Shown: positions 26,003-35,089 of the stretch, piece after piece
Layout of the letters: each line of letters begins with the position of its first letter
Numbering within the stretch: position 1 is the first letter of the stretch
Assembly: GCA_964640635.1 (NCBI GenBank)
Contig: CAZXFD010000003.1
Location: 65,149-129,148, forward strand
Length of the DNA: 64,000 nucleotides
Direction of reading: 5' to 3'
Source of the DNA: an uncultured Gammaproteobacteria bacterium
GTDB lineage: Bacteria > Patescibacteriota > Patescibacteriia > UBA1558 > S5-K13
Notes under the pieces: generated by a model
Told to the model about the DNA's origin: nothing
The model's input: the letters and a program-made list of their open reading frames with translations, nothing else
Database searches by the model: none
Translations under genes and position numbers: made by a program

Positions 26003-26995
26003 TTAAATTATTACATTAATTATATCAACAATCCAAGATGTAACATATGCTAATATAGCACACCCTGGAAATGTTAATATCCAAACGAGGATAATGCTTC
26101 TTGCAATTCCCCATTTAACATTTTTTAGACTTCTAGCACCAGCAGAACCCATTATGGAAGTGTTAATGGTATGTGTGGTTGAAAGGGGGATGCCAAATAA
26201 AGATGCTGTTAAGATGGTGGTAGATGCTCCAAGCTCCGCAGCAAATCCTTGGGGTGGCTTTAGACTGACCATTTCTATTCCAACTTTTTTTATAATTTTC
26301 CATCCACCAATGGATGTGCCAATACCCATTGTCAGTGAGCAGAGTAGAATAACCCATATAGGTACACTAAACTTCTGTAAGACTCCGCCGACAACAAGTG
26401 TCATACAAAATATTCCTATGAATTTTTGTCCATCGTTCATGCCATGATTATAGGCAGTAAATATTGAGGAAAATATTTGTAATCTACCATAGACAGCTTG
26501 AGATGATCTTACGTTAAATAATGGAGATAGAAATATAACTATTCTCATAAAAAACCATCCAAGACCAAAGCCCAGTATAGTAGATGCAAGTAGCCCATAT
26601 CCTATTTTTATCCAGCCAGATGCAAGTAGTGCTTGTGGACCAGCTGTATAAAAAACAGCTCCAGTTAGTCCCGCTACTAGGGCATGAGATTCACTTGTTG
26701 GAATGCCATATTTAGCAGCAACACTGCTCCAAGTAATAAGGCTAAACATTGCTATCAGAATAATCTGAGGAGTTACAATGGTAACATCGATTATTCCTTT
26801 TCCAATGGTGTATGCAACTGCTGTCCCAGATAGGGTGCCGAGTATATTAAAGGAAACAGCCATAAATACAGCCTGACGAGGTGTTAATACCTTGGTAGAA
26901 ATAACCGTTGTAATGGCATTTGGTGCATCAGTCCAACCATTTACAAATTCAGCTATTAAGACTGAGATTAGTGTTAGCCACAAAATCAATTCCAC
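26003..26995 (-). CDS. pit: inorganic phosphate transporter, PiT family
   Basis: GWTDAPNAITTVISTKVL signature; multi-TM; GTG at 26995 preceded by AAGGAGG overlapping the stop of the upstream DUF47 gene; the ATG at 27052 lies inside that gene. Confidence 0.8.
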   Translation of the reverse strand: MELILWLTLISVLIAEFVNGWTDAPNAITTVISTKVLTPRQAVFMAVSFNILGTLSGTAVAYTIGKGIIDVTIVTPQIILIAMFSLITWSSVAAKYGIPTSESHALVAGLTGAVFYTAGPQALLASGWIKIGYGLLASTILGFGLGWFFMRIVIFLSPLFNVRSSQAVYGRLQIFSSIFTAYNHGMNDGQKFIGIFCMTLVVGGVLQKFSVPIWVILLCSLTMGIGTSIGGWKIIKKVGIEMVSLKPPQGFAAELGASTTILTASLFGIPLSTTHTINTSIMGSAGARSLKNVKWGIARSIILVWILTFPGCAILAYVTSWIVDIINVII

Positions 26996-27005
26996 TATTC
27001 CTCCT

Positions 27006-27695
27006 TTAGTTGAGGGTTTGATAAATGGTGGTTGCCAAGTGATTATTATCATCAGTAATAGTTTCGAGCGCTTTTAATATTTCGTCAGATCCTTTTAGGT
27101 TTGCCATACCACGCTTTGTTAGTGGTTGACCATTATCATCTGAATGCCATAACGCATGAAGACCACTAGCTCTTAACTCATCACCTTGATGCTCTAATTT
27201 ACTTATGGTTTTAATGCATTGCATTATTTTTTTATGATGTTTTTGCCAGCCAGGTTGACAGAATAGACTCATCATAGTGATCAGTTCTGTGCTACCCTTT
27301 ACGATTATTTGACCAAGTAAAAGCATTGGATTGTTAGTTTCCTTTAGTTCATATATTTTCATTATTCTAACAACACCCCTACTTCCATCGAGAACCTGAT
27401 CCATTGAATGGACTAGTCTTGATGCCATTTCATGACTTATCCAACTTGTAAGGGAAATTTCATTAAGTTTGCTAATAATTTGCTCAACAATAGCATCCCC
27501 ATCTTTTTCAAGGTTTTCGATTCTAAAACAAAACTCTTCTCTTTTTTCTTGATCGCCGTATTTTTCTAATAGATTATTTAGGCAATCAGAGGATTCTTTC
27601 ACTTTTTCTGTGAGTTTTAAAAAGAGATCCATTAGTTCCAAATCCTTGGTGTTTCCGAATAGTTTCTTTAACAATAGTTTAATAGACGGTTTCAT
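27006..27695 (-). CDS. DUF47 / TIGR00153-family protein (PhoU-like, PiT-associated)
   Basis: ATG at 27695 preceded by GGGAGGA; conserved partner of PiT genes. Confidence 0.65.
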   Translation of the reverse strand: MKPSIKLLLKKLFGNTKDLELMDLFLKLTEKVKESSDCLNNLLEKYGDQEKREEFCFRIENLEKDGDAIVEQIISKLNEISLTSWISHEMASRLVHSMDQVLDGSRGVVRIMKIYELKETNNPMLLLGQIIVKGSTELITMMSLFCQPGWQKHHKKIMQCIKTISKLEHQGDELRASGLHALWHSDDNGQPLTKRGMANLKGSDEILKALETITDDNNHLATTIYQTLN

Positions 27696-27871
27696 TGTAT
27701 CCTCCCATATTATATTCAATTAACCCAATATTAGCATGTATTTATATTTTGTAAATGGTCAATAATACGTTATAACAAAATTTATTTAAAAATAAAAAGA
27801 GGTGTTTTAGGCACACCTCAAAAAGCCATTATTAAATCTAGAAATAGTCTACAATATTGTGAGCATATATA

Positions 27872-28249
27872 CTACGCGAGTTGTTTATGTTCAAGAAAGC
27901 TTTTTATGGCTATCCAAACATCCTCGGATTTGTTTTCATAGATGTCAATAAAATCATTTATTCCGCAACGTTTTAAATTTTCGGAGAATGAAGACATAAC
28001 ACTCCAACCAATGATTTTTTGACCATTGACCTGTAGGCCTAGAATGATTTTTTCACTGTCTAGGAAAGTTTTTCCAGACACGATAACTAGACTTGGTTTA
28101 TGGTTTTCTGCTAGCTCCACACAATTCCACGGATACGCCCAAACAATATTTAGATCATAATGATCTGATTTTGCATGGTGAGTGATTAGTTTAACTAGTT
28201 CGGTTTTGGACCAAAGGTCATCATCGATGATTAAAATTGTATATTCCAT
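27872..28249 (-). CDS. stand-alone receiver-like domain protein lacking the phospho-acceptor Asp
   Basis: 125 aa; N-terminal ILIIDDD acidic pair present but the beta3 position reads LVIVSGKTF. Confidence 0.45.
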   Translation of the reverse strand: MEYTILIIDDDLWSKTELVKLITHHAKSDHYDLNIVWAYPWNCVELAENHKPSLVIVSGKTFLDSEKIILGLQVNGQKIIGWSVMSSFSENLKRCGINDFIDIYENKSEDVWIAIKSFLEHKQLA

Positions 28250-28401
28250 AATATCCTCCTTGGATACATTATTTTAGTATTTGACTTTCTAAATTTTTAG
28301 ATAATCATAGTATATTAGGATAATTATAAAATTTTGTCAATGTTAAAATTTAAATAAACAAAAAACTCTTTAAATAAAGAGTTTTTTGTTTATAAAGTAA
28401 T

Positions 28402-28534
28402 GTAAATTTAATGGGAGTCGTGTAGTAAGGGGCGTTAGAATAATAATTAAAAGGCAAGATGAGTATATTTATATTCCTGATTTAAAAATGTATGCTGATT
28501 TATAGTTTACCCTACTGTGCTACTCACTATATAT
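28402..28534 (+). repeat. direct repeat copy A (133 bp), 3 mismatches versus copy B; preceded by the palindromic terminator aactctttaaataaagagtt
   Basis: base-by-base comparison with 29565..29697. Confidence 0.65.
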
Positions 28535-28678
28535 TTTTAAAGCTCTTATTCCCACCCTTACATAACGGAGCTTTCTTGGTTGAGGACGTTAGAAGTATGA
28601 TTGTGGGCAATTGTTAAAAAATATAATAAAAAAGCGCGATCGTTTGTTCAACCGCGCTTATCAATGAAAGACTTAGGG

Positions 28679-29374
28679 TTATTTTGGAAAATAACCAAAG
28701 AAGAATCCGTGCTCCATAATGAAGTTATCGTTGTAGTGGTTTGGATTAGTACGAGTTAAATCGTCTTTAGTATAGGAATGAATATTGTGCCAGGATATCA
28801 AAATTTCTTTATCTAAAGTAATGATTGGATGAGAATAATCTATTCTATTATTATCCTCATACTCAATTACGGGTTCTTCAATTTTCACAAATCCACCATC
28901 ACTTTTAAGTATGTCTTGACCAGAATTAATATACTGACCAATAATAGCAAATAATTCTTGTGATAGATTTGGTCTCCACAAAAGCTCTTTACTTTTTTCC
29001 ATTGTGGCTTTTTTGGGTATCAATGCCCAACTTGCAATATGGTCACCAAAACCCCACAATGTTTTAATTTTCATTACTTCATTGAATGCTTTTACTCTAT
29101 ATTGAGGAAAGCCCTTCCAGTGAATTTTTATCCCAGCACCCTCTCCTTTGTCGATGATTGTTTGTAGGGTAAGTGGACAAAGGGCTGTCAAAATATGGGT
29201 ATTTTTGCATTCCTCGATCAGCTCTTTGGAGAATGGTATCTCGGATAATATGTTTAATTGTTTCTCATCAAACTTCATATTAAAAGCCTGCTGCACCTCT
29301 TCGATACCAAGAAAATTAGAATCCATAAGTTTTTTGGCATCATCATGTGAAAGTGTATCAATGTGTGATGGCAT
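28679..29374 (-). CDS. hypothetical protein (231 aa) bracketed by the 133-bp direct repeats
   Basis: clean ORF; hairpin terminator aagcgcgatcgtttgttcaaccgcgctt at about 28632..28662. Confidence 0.55.
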   Translation of the reverse strand: MPSHIDTLSHDDAKKLMDSNFLGIEEVQQAFNMKFDEKQLNILSEIPFSKELIEECKNTHILTALCPLTLQTIIDKGEGAGIKIHWKGFPQYRVKAFNEVMKIKTLWGFGDHIASWALIPKKATMEKSKELLWRPNLSQELFAIIGQYINSGQDILKSDGGFVKIEEPVIEYEDNNRIDYSHPIITLDKEILISWHNIHSYTKDDLTRTNPNHYNDNFIMEHGFFFGYFPK

Positions 29375-29564
29375 GATAGCCTCCTTTTATTTCATTTTTG
29401 TTAAAGTTGGATTTTAATTGATAATTATACTACTTAGCCTAATCTTTGTCAACTGTAGTTTAATTCCAATTATAAACATAACAAAAAAACCCTTTAAATA
29501 AAGAGTTATTTTGTTGTCCCTCGACTTCGCTTGGGATATTAAATTTCTATCGTATATAAAGTAC

Positions 29565-29697
29565 GTAAATTTAATGGGGGTCGTGTAGTAAGGGGCGTTA
29601 GAATAATAATTAAAAGGCAAGATGAGTATATTTATATTCCTGATTTAAAAATGTATGCTGATTTATAGTTTACCCTACCGTGCTACTTACTATATAT
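29565..29697 (+). repeat. direct repeat copy B (133 bp)
   Basis: gtaaatttaatgggGgtcgtgtagtaaggggcgttagaataataattaaaaggcaagatgagtatatttatattcctgatttaaaaatgtatgctgatttatagtttaccctacCgtgctactTactatatat. Confidence 0.65.
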
Positions 29698-29746
29698 AAA
29701 ACAAAATTATGCTTATCATTTTAAATGAATATGATAAAATAATTAT

Positions 29747-30538
29747 ATGATTATAGACAGTCATCTTCATATTTCAATAACTGATAAAAGTAAAACATTT
29801 GCAATGGCAAAAAAAGAGCTTTTGTCAGAAATGAAAAAAAACAAAGTGAATAAAGCAATTGTTATTCCTGATAACGTAAAGAATCCTTTTTGCGCAGATT
29901 TTAATACAGTATATAGACTCATTAAAAATGATTTCAGATTTTTAATCATAGCAACGCTTAAAATAGAATCGATTAATAAAAATAATATAAAAAAAATAGA
30001 AAAGCTATTTAAAAGCAAAAAAGCTGTCGGTTTTAAAATATTTCCTGGACACGATCCAATATACCCCACAGATAAGAGGTGGTTTCCTATTTATAAATTA
30101 TGTGAAAAATATAATGTGCCATTAATTATTCATACTGGCATAAATAGTAATAATAAAGCAGTTGCAAAATTCAATGATCCAAAACACATTATAAAAATTG
30201 CTAAAAAATTTAGTAATTTAAAGATAATAATTGCTCATTATTTTTGGCCAAAATTAGATTATTGCTTTAAAAAAACTAATGGATTTAATAATATATATTT
30301 TGATTTATCGGGACTCGCAGATGACGAGGTTGTTAAAGAAAGTGGTGGAATAAAAAAAATAAGACAAATCCTGATCAAAACTTTAAGGCGTAAGTTTGAT
30401 AGTCTTTTATTTGCAACTGATTGGCCAATGTGTGACATTGCAAAACACATCAAGCTAGTAAATTCGCTTCCGATATCCGAAAAAGAAAAGAACGATATTT
30501 TTTTTAAAAATACTCAAAAAATTTTTAAACTTAAATAA
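29747..30538 (+). CDS. amidohydrolase-family (TIM-barrel metal-dependent hydrolase) protein
   Basis: N-terminal MIIDSHLHI metal-binding motif and overall pattern. Confidence 0.6.
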   Translation: MIIDSHLHISITDKSKTFAMAKKELLSEMKKNKVNKAIVIPDNVKNPFCADFNTVYRLIKNDFRFLIIATLKIESINKNNIKKIEKLFKSKKAVGFKIFPGHDPIYPTDKRWFPIYKLCEKYNVPLIIHTGINSNNKAVAKFNDPKHIIKIAKKFSNLKIIIAHYFWPKLDYCFKKTNGFNNIYFDLSGLADDEVVKESGGIKKIRQILIKTLRRKFDSLLFATDWPMCDIAKHIKLVNSLPISEKEKNDIFFKNTQKIFKLK

Positions 30539-30737
30539 AAATAAACCTCAGTTTTAATCTTGTTTTTTGGGTATCAAAAAACCCCAATAAAATTGAGGAT
30601 CTTTGATTGGGGTCAGTTAGTGGATGTGTTAAGGAACTTAGATTATGAGAGTATTAAAGAAGAACTGATAAAGTTTGTATAAAATAATAGGGTTACCAAT
30701 TGCTCAGTAACCCCTATATGTTTTATTTCGCTTAATC

Positions 30738-31301
30738 TTATTTCATATCAAGACGAAATTTATTTTCTTCGACCAGAATTGTTCCTTTTGGAACATGTAT
30801 GGCATAACCATCAGTTAGATTTACCTCGGGAGAGGTAATGAAACTTGGGATGAGCAGACGAAATATATATTTGATACCAGGATGACTTTTTACTTCCTGG
30901 ATTTTTGATATATATGCGCCCTTTCGTCCTTCGTCTTCGTATACTATTACGTTTCTTGCTGGCAGAGAATCAAATTGCTTTCCACCATCAGGTGTCTTCA
31001 CGTAAAACTTATAATACTCATCCTGACCAATAGATCCGGAAGCCAAGAAAAACGATCCAGATAATTGATTACTGTCTACAAGAGCGACTATTTCAGTTCT
31101 TGAATACTCTTGTTTTTCAACTTGTCTCTTCCCCAGAAAAGCAGTTAATGAGCCGGCTACAATCAAACCAATTATGGCTCCGAATAGAATGCCGAATATA
31201 TAGCTTAACCAGTTCCAGGAACTATCCTTGTTTGATTCTTTTCGAATAAGTCTTACGGTAAGACCTAAACCAAGTAAGGCAAAAAATATAACGGTTAACA
31301 T
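30738..31301 (-). CDS. membrane-anchored hypothetical protein
   Basis: 187 aa; two N-terminal TM helices. Confidence 0.5.
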   Translation of the reverse strand: MLTVIFFALLGLGLTVRLIRKESNKDSSWNWLSYIFGILFGAIIGLIVAGSLTAFLGKRQVEKQEYSRTEIVALVDSNQLSGSFFLASGSIGQDEYYKFYVKTPDGGKQFDSLPARNVIVYEDEGRKGAYISKIQEVKSHPGIKYIFRLLIPSFITSPEVNLTDGYAIHVPKGTILVEENKFRLDMK

Positions 31302-31424
31302 AAATCCTCCTTAGGATCTTAATATTATTTTTTGATTGATCTAACATCTTTAGATAATCTTATTATGATATCACAAATATATGAACTTGTCAAATATAGC
31401 TTGATTTTATTTATGAGTATAACA

Positions 31425-31451
31425 AAAAATCCCTTATTTAAAGGGATTTTT
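31425..31451. terminator. hairpin terminator adjacent to the tRNA-His 3' end
   Basis: aaaaatcccttatttaagggatttttt. Confidence 0.45.
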
Positions 31452-31454
31452 TGT

Positions 31455-31530
31455 CTGGGGTGAGTGATGGGTTTCGAACCCACAACCACTGGTACCACAA
31501 ACCAGTGCTCTACCATTGAGCTACACCCAC
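31455..31530 (-). tRNA. tRNA-His (anticodon GTG) with genomically encoded G-1, C73 discriminator and CCA
   Basis: reverse complement folds: G-1, acceptor GTGGGTG/CACTCAC, anticodon loop TTGTGGT, T loop TTCGAAA; the listed ORF 31325..31516 is spurious. Confidence 0.85.
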
Positions 31531-31629
31531 CATGAGTTTTAATATCAAATGTCTAATTTCCAATTTCAAAATAGACATAAATTTTGGAATTTGAAATTTG
31601 TAATTTGTCATTTCGCATAAAGTGCATTT

Positions 31630-31704
31630 ATGGTATCCCGGCTAGGAATCGAACCTAGATCCACAGCTTAGAAGGCTGTTGTTCTATCCGTTGAACTACC
31701 AGGA
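31630..31704 (-). tRNA. tRNA-Arg (anticodon TCT), encoded CCA
   Basis: reverse complement: acceptor GTCCTGG/CCGGGAT (two G-U pairs), D arm GTTC-AACGGATA-GAAC, anticodon loop CTTCTAA, T loop TTCGATT. Confidence 0.75.
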
Positions 31705-31853
31705 CATATAATTAATTTCTCAGCCAAAGGCTGATCCGCCTCTGGCGGAAAATGACAAGTATCCAATGTCAAATTACAAAAGTATTGCATACAAAACTTT
31801 ACTTAATATATACTAAAAATAGCATAAAGTCAACTATTCAAGTAATTTATGGT

Positions 31854-32111
31854 TTATTTAGTTTTTTTAAGTTTTTCAATGTGTCTTCTTATCCTTGTGT
31901 GGTTTATTGTTTGTCTGGGTGGGGTTATAACTTCTCCATTTTTATTACGTGGTTGTGGTATTTTGGCATCGAACTCATTTTCATATTCTAAATAGTCTGA
32001 ATCTTTATTAAATTCTTTCTCTAGACATTTTCCACATTTTCCATTTGCTGAAATAGGATTTTTGTGGCAAACTGAGCATAGATTTTCGAATTTAGGTATT
32101 TCTTCTAACAT
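31854..32111 (-). CDS. small zinc-ribbon protein (CxxH ... CxxC)
   Basis: 85 aa; CSVCHKNPISANGKCGKC. Confidence 0.4.
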   Translation of the reverse strand: MLEEIPKFENLCSVCHKNPISANGKCGKCLEKEFNKDSDYLEYENEFDAKIPQPRNKNGEVITPPRQTINHTRIRRHIEKLKKTK

Positions 32112-32230
32112 AGTTTTGTATTTATAGTCTTATTATAACAAAAGTATATAAATTTGCCTAAAATAGGTAGTAATGTTAAAATTTATAAGCAATAAAAAAT
32201 AAATTTGTATTATTAAAAAGCAATAATAAA

Positions 32231-32587
32231 ATGAAAAAATATATATTTGTATTAGCAATGGCTATTGTTGTCAGTGGATGTGGAGCTTCAAAAAATCAAA
32301 ATATTAATACCGAAACAAATGAAAATGCAATGATTTTGTATTATGGAGAAACATGCCCGCACTGTAAAATAGTAGAACAATACATAAATGAAAATGGGAT
32401 TGTAAGTAAGTATAATATTATACAAAAAGAGGTTTTTCAGGATCAAAATAATGCAAAAGAGTTTAGAGAAAAAGCATTCGGCTGTGGGATAAAGGGGGAT
32501 GTAGGAGTTCCATTTTTGTATTATAAATCACAGTGTTTTATGGGTGATCAGGATATAATTAATTTTTTCAAAAAAGAAGTAAAATGA
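32231..32587 (+). CDS. thioredoxin/glutaredoxin-like lipoprotein (CPHC active site)
   Basis: lipobox VVSGC; YYGETCPHCKIVEQY thioredoxin-fold motif. Confidence 0.6.
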   Translation: MKKYIFVLAMAIVVSGCGASKNQNINTETNENAMILYYGETCPHCKIVEQYINENGIVSKYNIIQKEVFQDQNNAKEFREKAFGCGIKGDVGVPFLYYKSQCFMGDQDIINFFKKEVK

Positions 32588-33081
32588 AAAAAAACATAAT
32601 TTTTATATCAGCGATTTTATTATTATTTACAAAAAAAGTATTAGCCGTTTGTCCGGTATGTACTGTTGCAGTAGGAGCTGGTGTCGGTCTTGCGCAGTAT
32701 TTGGGAATAGATGATACTGTTTCAGGTGTTTGGATAGGAGCGCTTACGGTATCAATGGCAATGTGGACTATAAACTGGTATATTAGAAAATATAAGAGAA
32801 CAAAGTGGATAGTGCCAGCATCATTTGTTTTTTATTATGCCATCGTTGTAGTTCCTTTATTTTTTATGAAGTCTATATTTCATCCATTCAATAATTTATT
32901 AGGAATAAATAAATTGATATTGGGAATAATTTGTGGAAGTGTAATATTTATATTATCATCACGTTTATATGAATATATGAGAATAAAAAACGGCAAAGCA
33001 CATTTCCCATTTGAAAAAGTTGTTATTCCAATATTTTTATTGTCAGTACTTAGTTTTTTATTTTATTTAATAACAAGATAA
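32584..33081 (+). CDS. integral membrane protein with CPVC motif after the signal peptide
   Basis: 165 aa; 4-bp overlap with the upstream Trx-like gene; about 4 TM helices. Confidence 0.5.
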   Translation: MKKNIIFISAILLLFTKKVLAVCPVCTVAVGAGVGLAQYLGIDDTVSGVWIGALTVSMAMWTINWYIRKYKRTKWIVPASFVFYYAIVVVPLFFMKSIFHPFNNLLGINKLILGIICGSVIFILSSRLYEYMRIKNGKAHFPFEKVVIPIFLLSVLSFLFYLITR

Positions 33082-33085
33082 ATAT

Positions 33086-33661
33086 ATGAGCGAAGATTTA
33101 TCAAAAAAAATTAATGAATTTGTGGAGCGCGTTGATCATATGAAAAAACAAGAAAAAATGGATTTATCTTCTGATCAGGATTTGAGCATTGCAATAATGA
33201 ATCTTATTAGTATTGAAGAACATTTCTTTTTTTCTGGTGCAAAGACCGGAAATAATGATTATTATGATTTGATAAAAGATGTTCGTGAAATGCGAAAAGA
33301 ACTTCTTAAAAAAATTATCAAAGAATATGAAGGAGAGGTTTGGTGTATTTCAAAACACTTGCTCTCAGCATCAATGAGACTTATGGAGGTTGGTACAAAG
33401 CAGCTTGGAATGGATAAAAAAGAAGAAGCTTATGAATTATTTGAAAAAGCCTATAATTTATATTCGCTTTTCTGGGGAATAAATATGAAATTGTTAAATA
33501 TAGGTGATGTAAAAAAAATTGATGATGTGTCGCTTGATATAAATGACAAAGATAGTAGTCTTGCGCCACAAAAAGTGGAAGCAAGCGATAATACTAATAA
33601 AAGTTTTTTTGGTAAGCTCGGTGGATTGGTTAAAAAGGCGATTGATTGTTGTATTGAATAA
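33086..33661 (+). CDS. hypothetical protein
   Basis: 191 aa soluble ORF immediately after the previous gene. Confidence 0.5.
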   Translation: MSEDLSKKINEFVERVDHMKKQEKMDLSSDQDLSIAIMNLISIEEHFFFSGAKTGNNDYYDLIKDVREMRKELLKKIIKEYEGEVWCISKHLLSASMRLMEVGTKQLGMDKKEEAYELFEKAYNLYSLFWGINMKLLNIGDVKKIDDVSLDINDKDSSLAPQKVEASDNTNKSFFGKLGGLVKKAIDCCIE

Positions 33662-33756
33662 TTCCGTTGGTTTGTTATTAGAGAACATAAAGCATCTTGA
33701 ATAAATTTGTTTATAATAAAAAAGAGAGTATTGCTAGCCCTCTTTTTTATATTAAT

Positions 33757-33936
33757 CTAATCTAGTATAAATTCATTTCTTTTCTTATTATCTCTTTGTG
33801 TGTGTATATCTGGCTTTGGAATGGGTTTTTTTTCTGGTATTTTTTCAAATTTATCTGTTTTTACATGTAGATTGTTTTCTCTTGCAATGCACTCATCACA
33901 AACCCCACAGTCACAGGGCATTTCAAACTTACTCAT
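33757..33936 (-). CDS. small Cys-rich protein (59 aa, CDCGVCDEC), not in ORF track
   Basis: manual translation MSKFEMPCDCGVCDECIARENNLHVKTDKFEKIPEKKPIPKPDIHTQRDNKKRNEFILD; no clear RBS. Confidence 0.3.
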   Translation of the reverse strand: MSKFEMPCDCGVCDECIARENNLHVKTDKFEKIPEKKPIPKPDIHTQRDNKKRNEFILD

Positions 33937-33937
33937 A

Positions 33938-34135
33938 TTATTTTCGTTTTAGTTTATTTAATTTATCAATTCCTCTATTTTGAAAGGGTTGATTTTTTAG
34001 GCCCGCGCTATGGACAACCATTTTATCATGTGTAATATCTTTTTTTTCATCCTCAAATTGTTCTTCATAGCAATCTTCACATAGCCCATCTAGAAATACA
34101 TTGTCCATTTGGCACTTTATGCACAAATCGTCCAT
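33938..34135 (-). CDS. small zinc-ribbon-like protein (CxxC ... CxxC)
   Basis: 65 aa; MDDLCIKCQMDNVFLDGLCEDCYEEQ. Confidence 0.35.
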   Translation of the reverse strand: MDDLCIKCQMDNVFLDGLCEDCYEEQFEDEKKDITHDKMVVHSAGLKNQPFQNRGIDKLNKLKRK

Positions 34136-34236
34136 ATTGTTTAAGTTATTATTATATTATTATTATACAATGGATTTGTTGAGGTATTCAAGTATCAAAA
34201 AAACGCCAAGTTTATTAACGAGGCGTTTGTATGCTT

Positions 34237-34932
34237 TTAGAGCAGTTTAAGCAATTTTGGCAGATATTTTCTTATAGTTGCCAGATCGCTTGAAAATGCA
34301 AATTGACCACAATCAAATAGCTTTAATTCGGTTTGGTCTATTTCGTTAATATCAACCACATTTTTGTGGGCCTTGCCTTCATAAAAATTGATTCCACCCG
34401 TTGATATGTCTTCTTCGTGGGAATATTGCTTATCGTACGGAATGCTATTTCTTACAATACCAGTTTGAATTGGAAACATTTTTTCGGATCCAGGCACTTT
34501 GGTAATAAGGAAAGACTGATTAAGCCCCACTATATTTGAAGATATACAGCATGGGAAATTATGAAAGATAAAGACTTTTTGGTTTAACCCATTTTTCACG
34601 AAGAATTCTTTTTGAGATGCAAGCACTTCAAGCAGAGCTGGAGTTGTTACTTCGTCGTGAACTATAAAGCTAATTTCTTTTTCAAGTGGATGCCAATCCC
34701 ACCTATAGATGGATAATAAGACCTTATTATTATCATCAATCCCGTTTCCACCGAGTATGTGTATTTTTTTTAGAGAATCTCTCTTGAATGTTCTTGCATC
34801 TACACCACAATGGATTTGATAATCTTTTTGTGTAAATATTTCGGGCTTAAGTAAAAACGCACTTAGAATGATATTCATCAATTCCTCGAACACGCTTTTT
34901 GTTTCTTCTGTTTGAACGCATGCTCCACACAT
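34237..34932 (-). CDS. hypothetical protein
   Basis: 231 aa ORF. Confidence 0.5.
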   Translation of the reverse strand: MCGACVQTEETKSVFEELMNIILSAFLLKPEIFTQKDYQIHCGVDARTFKRDSLKKIHILGGNGIDDNNKVLLSIYRWDWHPLEKEISFIVHDEVTTPALLEVLASQKEFFVKNGLNQKVFIFHNFPCCISSNIVGLNQSFLITKVPGSEKMFPIQTGIVRNSIPYDKQYSHEEDISTGGINFYEGKAHKNVVDINEIDQTELKLFDCGQFAFSSDLATIRKYLPKLLKLL

Positions 34933-35089
34933 AGCATCCTCCTTATTTTTTGGATATTTGTAAATATCTTAGATTTAATTGAGTTTTTTGTCAAATTAAC
35001 ACCAACCCCGGGTTGGGATCTATGAAGCCAGCTTGTTTTTTACTATATATAGATTAAAATTAAATAAGTTAATAATTTATGTGGTATAT

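Noticed and set aside
31325-31516. 63-aa minus-strand ORF
   Set aside because: It overlaps tRNA-His and its terminator hairpin.
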